A DNA stretch of 64,000 bases from Lingula anatina (lineage: Eukaryota > Animalia > Brachiopoda), in contig CM120640.1 in the NCBI GenBank assembly GCA_051362555.1, forward strand, positions 57,638,788-57,702,787, given 5' to 3'. Positions within the stretch are counted from its first letter, which is position 1. Each line of letters opens with the position of its first letter. The translations under genes were made by a program, and so were the position numbers. Below are positions 61,001 to 64,000 of this stretch, piece by piece. The notes below the pieces were generated by a model. The model did not search any database and was not told the DNA's origin. It saw only the letters and a list, made by a program, of their open reading frames with translations.

Positions 61001-63957
61001 CTTACTTTATTTCAACCACCCCTAGCCATAAGCGCAGAAAGTAGGGTAATTCCCACAACTAGTTCTTTTCCAAACGGTCCCCCCCCCCCTTACACATACG
61101 CACACACATACTACTAAAGTTTGCTTCCTATGCCCCTGCACACTATTTTTTATCATTCATGGATTTAACCACAAGGGATATAAACACGGTGGAAATAGTT
61201 ATATGGTGTCCTCTATTATAGCAAGTAAACGAAGAAGGAAGAAGAATGAACATCAGAGACCTGATGACCCCTTGGTCTACACAATCAGGCTATCCAGTAG
61301 TGACGATTGACCGCTCAGCAATGAACAGGCCTCCGTCTGGTGGAGCCACCGTCTTCCAGAACAAGTTCACTGTCCAACCTGACAGCCAACCCTACGAGGC
61401 CGTGACGTCATCAGATGACGAGCCCAATGGGGAATTAGGAACAACTCCAATGAACAGGCAAGTGATCAGTAATTGGCAGGCTGAAGTATGGATAGTATTC
61501 TGTATACCTTATATGATAGTAAACAAATATATTGTACCCTATAATAAAGGATTATTATAACGTGTTATTTTAAAAAATGTAAATCTTCTTGAGACTCGAT
61601 TTTATGAAGATTCAAAATAACACATTACCAAATGTTATATTTTTTGTATTCAAGGCCAACATGGAATATTCCTGTTACATATATTACGAGTAGAAGTCCG
61701 AACACTGATAGCAGCAAGAGATTCTGGATGCATGAAAACAACGGTACGTGTTGTATCCTACAATTTATTAATCGCATCGTTTGTGTAAAAAAAGTTTGAC
61801 AACAATGTAAATGGGGGAATATGATAAATGAAGGCATTCGATATTAGACATCCATGTTGGTATTTTTAAAACGAATAATGCGAGCTGGTTTCTATCCATT
61901 ACTCTATGGAATTATTTTTTTGACATCTTATATATCTTTATTTAAACTGATATCAATTAAACGTTTAGGTACAAAAATGAGTCAAAATGTGAATATTTAA
62001 AACTAAACTTAATTTTTTTAGATAACCTTGTTAAGTCATTTTAATCGACGGTATATATATTTAAGTGTTTGGTGATCACTTTTTAATGTACAGAAAATAA
62101 ACCTATATTTGTTGATAAAACTTCAGCCCAAGGATGGAGAACAATAACTGTAATTTAAGTGACTGATTGAAGAAATCACACCATAAAATTGATAAAGCAA
62201 GCGATTAAATTATTTACTAGTATTTAGAATAACTTTTTTCTACTTTACCAGTAACAATTAGCGATGACGCTATGAACTACATCGGAGACAAAGACTGGAT
62301 TATTGGTAATGCTCAGATGCCTAGCTACTACCGTGTAAACTATGACATCGACAACTGGAACAATATAGTCGATCAGTTATTATCGGATCACGAGGTAAGG
62401 AATATTTAAGGAATATTTCGACTTGGCGACTTTTTATAACCTAATTTCATTATTGAGTTCCGTGTATCATTTTCTGCAACATATAATCGTTGTTTTAGTA
62501 ATGGGTTGTTGTCAATGCTATCACTGTACCACTATCTTATAGTCGAGCATCTTTGTAACATATATAATCGCATAGGTTGTGCTGTACTATTGATTATGAA
62601 GTTTTGTCAAGGCATATTGTATATTGAAAATGTTAATATCTGCATTAATTACCAATCTGCTTCTATTAAATTTTCATAATTTTACTATTTATTCATGTTT
62701 ATACTATTTTTCTCCTAGAAAATTGACCCCATTAACAGAGCACAAATCATAGACGATCTTTTCAATCTGTTGAGGTAGGTTGTGTATTACAGATTTAGCG
62801 GCACAAAGGTGAATTACTGGCAAAAAAAACTCCCCAATACGCACCTTAACCTGCTTTAGATACTAAACGTTCAATTCCAATTATACCATTTTCTTTTAAA
62901 TAAAACGCTGTGTTTAAAGCCGTTTTCTTAGTATTTTTATCTTTGCCCCCTCCCACTGACCAGTCTCTGTGTTTAATTTTGCTGTAGCATTGCAAACGAC
63001 GCGTTTTCATTTGCCAATTAACCCGGCGTGATGTTATCTCACTAATTCAAAGTAATGGATATCATTTGATCGATTCGTCTATAAAAAACATGTAACAAGG
63101 CCAAATATAATCATCATCACATATTTAGAAAATAATATCTAAACAGGCACATAACACATCGAGAATACGCCCTCTTCAGTGAACTGTATTATCATGTTTT
63201 GGTAATTCCAGAGCTAATGTTGCTCCAGTGGACGTCAAGTTAGTGATGCGTGGAACTAGATACCTCGGAAACGAGACCGCTTTCTTGCCCTGGGCGGTGG
63301 CACTCCGACATCTTAATAGCCTAGATTGTATGCTGAGGAAAACTGAGGGATACGGAGACTTTAAAGTAGTTTTTTTTAATTTAAATTTTTTTATTGACAA
63401 ACGACTAGCGTGACACCTTTAAAAGAGCTCAAAAACATTGTTTTATTTTGTGTCATCATTTTTCTGATTTACAAAGATTTATTCATCTGTGAACAGATAT
63501 AACTAAGGAAAAATATTCATTCGACGTGTCATCTCTCTAATGTCAATTTTTTTTCATTATCCTGCTCTAGCGTTACGTCGAGATGCTTATAGGTCCGCAG
63601 ATTGAAAGGCTTGGTTGGGAGGATGATGGAACAACTTCGAATAGGTAAGCGTGTCTCGCGTTTGTTATTCTTAGGCCGTTGTAGCTTGCTTTGAAATATT
63701 CAATTTCGCCATGAATTGTTAGAATTTATTATGCATGACAGAAATTCTAGTGAAATGTTTTGAAAAGCTGTTGTCTCTATTTGAAGTGTATAAATTGTAA
63801 ATGCATCATAAAATCATATCATTTACTTTGTTTCCAGATTGTTAAGACCACTCCTTTTGAAAGTGGCTATGAATCTGAACCACGCTCCGTCCATAGCTGA
63901 GGCACTACGTCTTTTTAATCAATGGACTCAAAAAGAAAATCCAGATACGGAAAACAC
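45630..63957 (+). CDS. Type II membrane protein: TM anchor + 2x IgGFc-binding domains + catalytically dead M1 (aminopeptidase N-like) peptidase + ERAP1_C-type domain; 3'-partial, >=1817 aa
   Basis: Exons 45630-46002, 53503-54917, 55196-56587, 57067-57079, 57455-57893, 58241-58396, 58565-58685, 58919-59039, 59248-59420, 59734-59844, 60119-60253, 60510-60575, 60754-60819, 61222-61457, 61655-61743, 62252-62394, 62719-62774, 63212-63365, 63571-63644 and 63838-63957 splice into one open frame of 5453 nt. APN motifs include DIRLPSYVKPVHY, ARKVFPSFDEP, KGGAILRML, WSTQSGYPVVT, YYRVNYD and NRAQIIDDLFNL. Confidence 0.85.
46535..46839. mobile_element. Family A-related palindromic MITE
   Basis: Outer inverted repeat CTTAGTCCGACCAAGGAATT / AATTCCTTGGTCTGACCAAG and an inner family A core. 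Confidence 0.65.
47859..48054. mobile_element. Family A-related MITE
   Basis: GCGTTCACATA...TATGTGAACGC inverted ends and the shared core. Confidence 0.6.
48104..48324. mobile_element. Degenerate MITE related to the 48687 element
   Basis: GGGTGC...GCACCC ends. Shares GGACTCTCGCTGAAT and CTGGTGATTATA with the 48687-51005 arms. Confidence 0.5.
48687..51005. mobile_element. MITE (GGGCTCAT TIR, TAT TSD) interrupted by the Kolobok-like element
   Basis: TAT-GGGCTCAT...ATGAGCCC-TAT. Arms at 48687-48796 and 50927-51005. Confidence 0.6.
48797..50926. mobile_element. Non-autonomous Kolobok-like DNA transposon (2.1 kb)
   Basis: Perfect 12-bp TIR GGCCGGTGATAG / CTATCACCGGCC flanked by TTAA on both sides. 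Purine-initial termini with a TTAA TSD fit Kolobok rather than piggyBac. Confidence 0.75.
51551..51780. repeat. Tandem duplication, ~113-bp unit x2
   Basis: TCCAGTAGGTTGTA...ACGGAGATATGAAAGATAGACAAACT starts at 51551 and again at 51664. Confidence 0.9.
53503..54917 (+). CDS. IgGFc-binding (FCGBP N-terminal-like) domain 1, single ~472-codon exon
   Basis: Family motifs ITSNKPVAVFSGN, DHLVEQLPPVDSWG, IVSDKPIMVAQF, DPSMIIIPPIQQY and YGSGDRESYAMPMGM. Donor CCG|GTGAG. Confidence 0.9.
55196..56587 (+). CDS. IgGFc-binding (FCGBP N-terminal-like) domain 2, single 464-codon phase 0-0 exon
   Basis: Paralog of domain 1 (IKTNKPVSVFSGNGRTAIPK, DHLVEQMLPVESWG, DPAMLVIPPVEQY, YGAGDRESYALPMGM). Acceptor TTACAG| and donor CCG|GTAAG. 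Confidence 0.9.
57455..63957 (+). CDS. M1 aminopeptidase N-like region (N-terminal beta domain, degenerate catalytic domain, ERAP1_C-type domain)
   Basis: Sixteen exons with APN-type sequence. The Zn-binding and GAMEN motifs are substituted. Confidence 0.9.
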
Positions 63958-64000
63958 GTAAGATAAAAAAACCTTCTCTCCCTTATAGTCTGGATGACTG

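Noticed and set aside
57455-63957. Aminopeptidase pseudogene
   Set aside because: No stops or frameshifts over 16 exons and all splice sites are intact, so a functional pseudo-enzyme is more likely.

Overview
AT-rich, intron-containing animal genomic DNA, probably a lophotrochozoan invertebrate such as a mollusc (inferred from gene content and mosaic CpG depletion). I reconstructed four spliced genes by hand. (1) The 3' part of a V-C2-C2 Ig-superfamily single-pass membrane protein (nectin/CADM-like, +, <1-7328). (2) Synaptotagmin-12 (+, CDS 19087-26881). (3) An SLC35A4-like nucleotide-sugar transporter (-, CDS 31522-36593) with short uORFs. (4) A large type II membrane protein gene (+, 45630->63957, runs off the window). 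Gene 4 joins an N-terminal TM anchor, two tandem single-exon IgGFc-binding (FCGBP N-terminal-like) domains, a 13-nt frame-adapting microexon and an M1/aminopeptidase-N fold. That fold has lost every catalytic hallmark (GAMEN->EPTAS, HExxH->KDIIQ, distal Glu->Asn, catalytic Tyr->Gly) while the reading frame stays intact, and the ectodomain is almost cysteine-free. This chimeric pseudo-peptidase is the best candidate for an undescribed system. Non-coding DNA holds several TIR DNA transposon derivatives: Harbinger-like MITEs, a Kolobok-like TTAA element, and a pogo-like element with OTU-protease and PHD-finger relics nested at the SLC35A4 promoter. All gene models and family calls are manual and from memory; no database search or RNA evidence was available.
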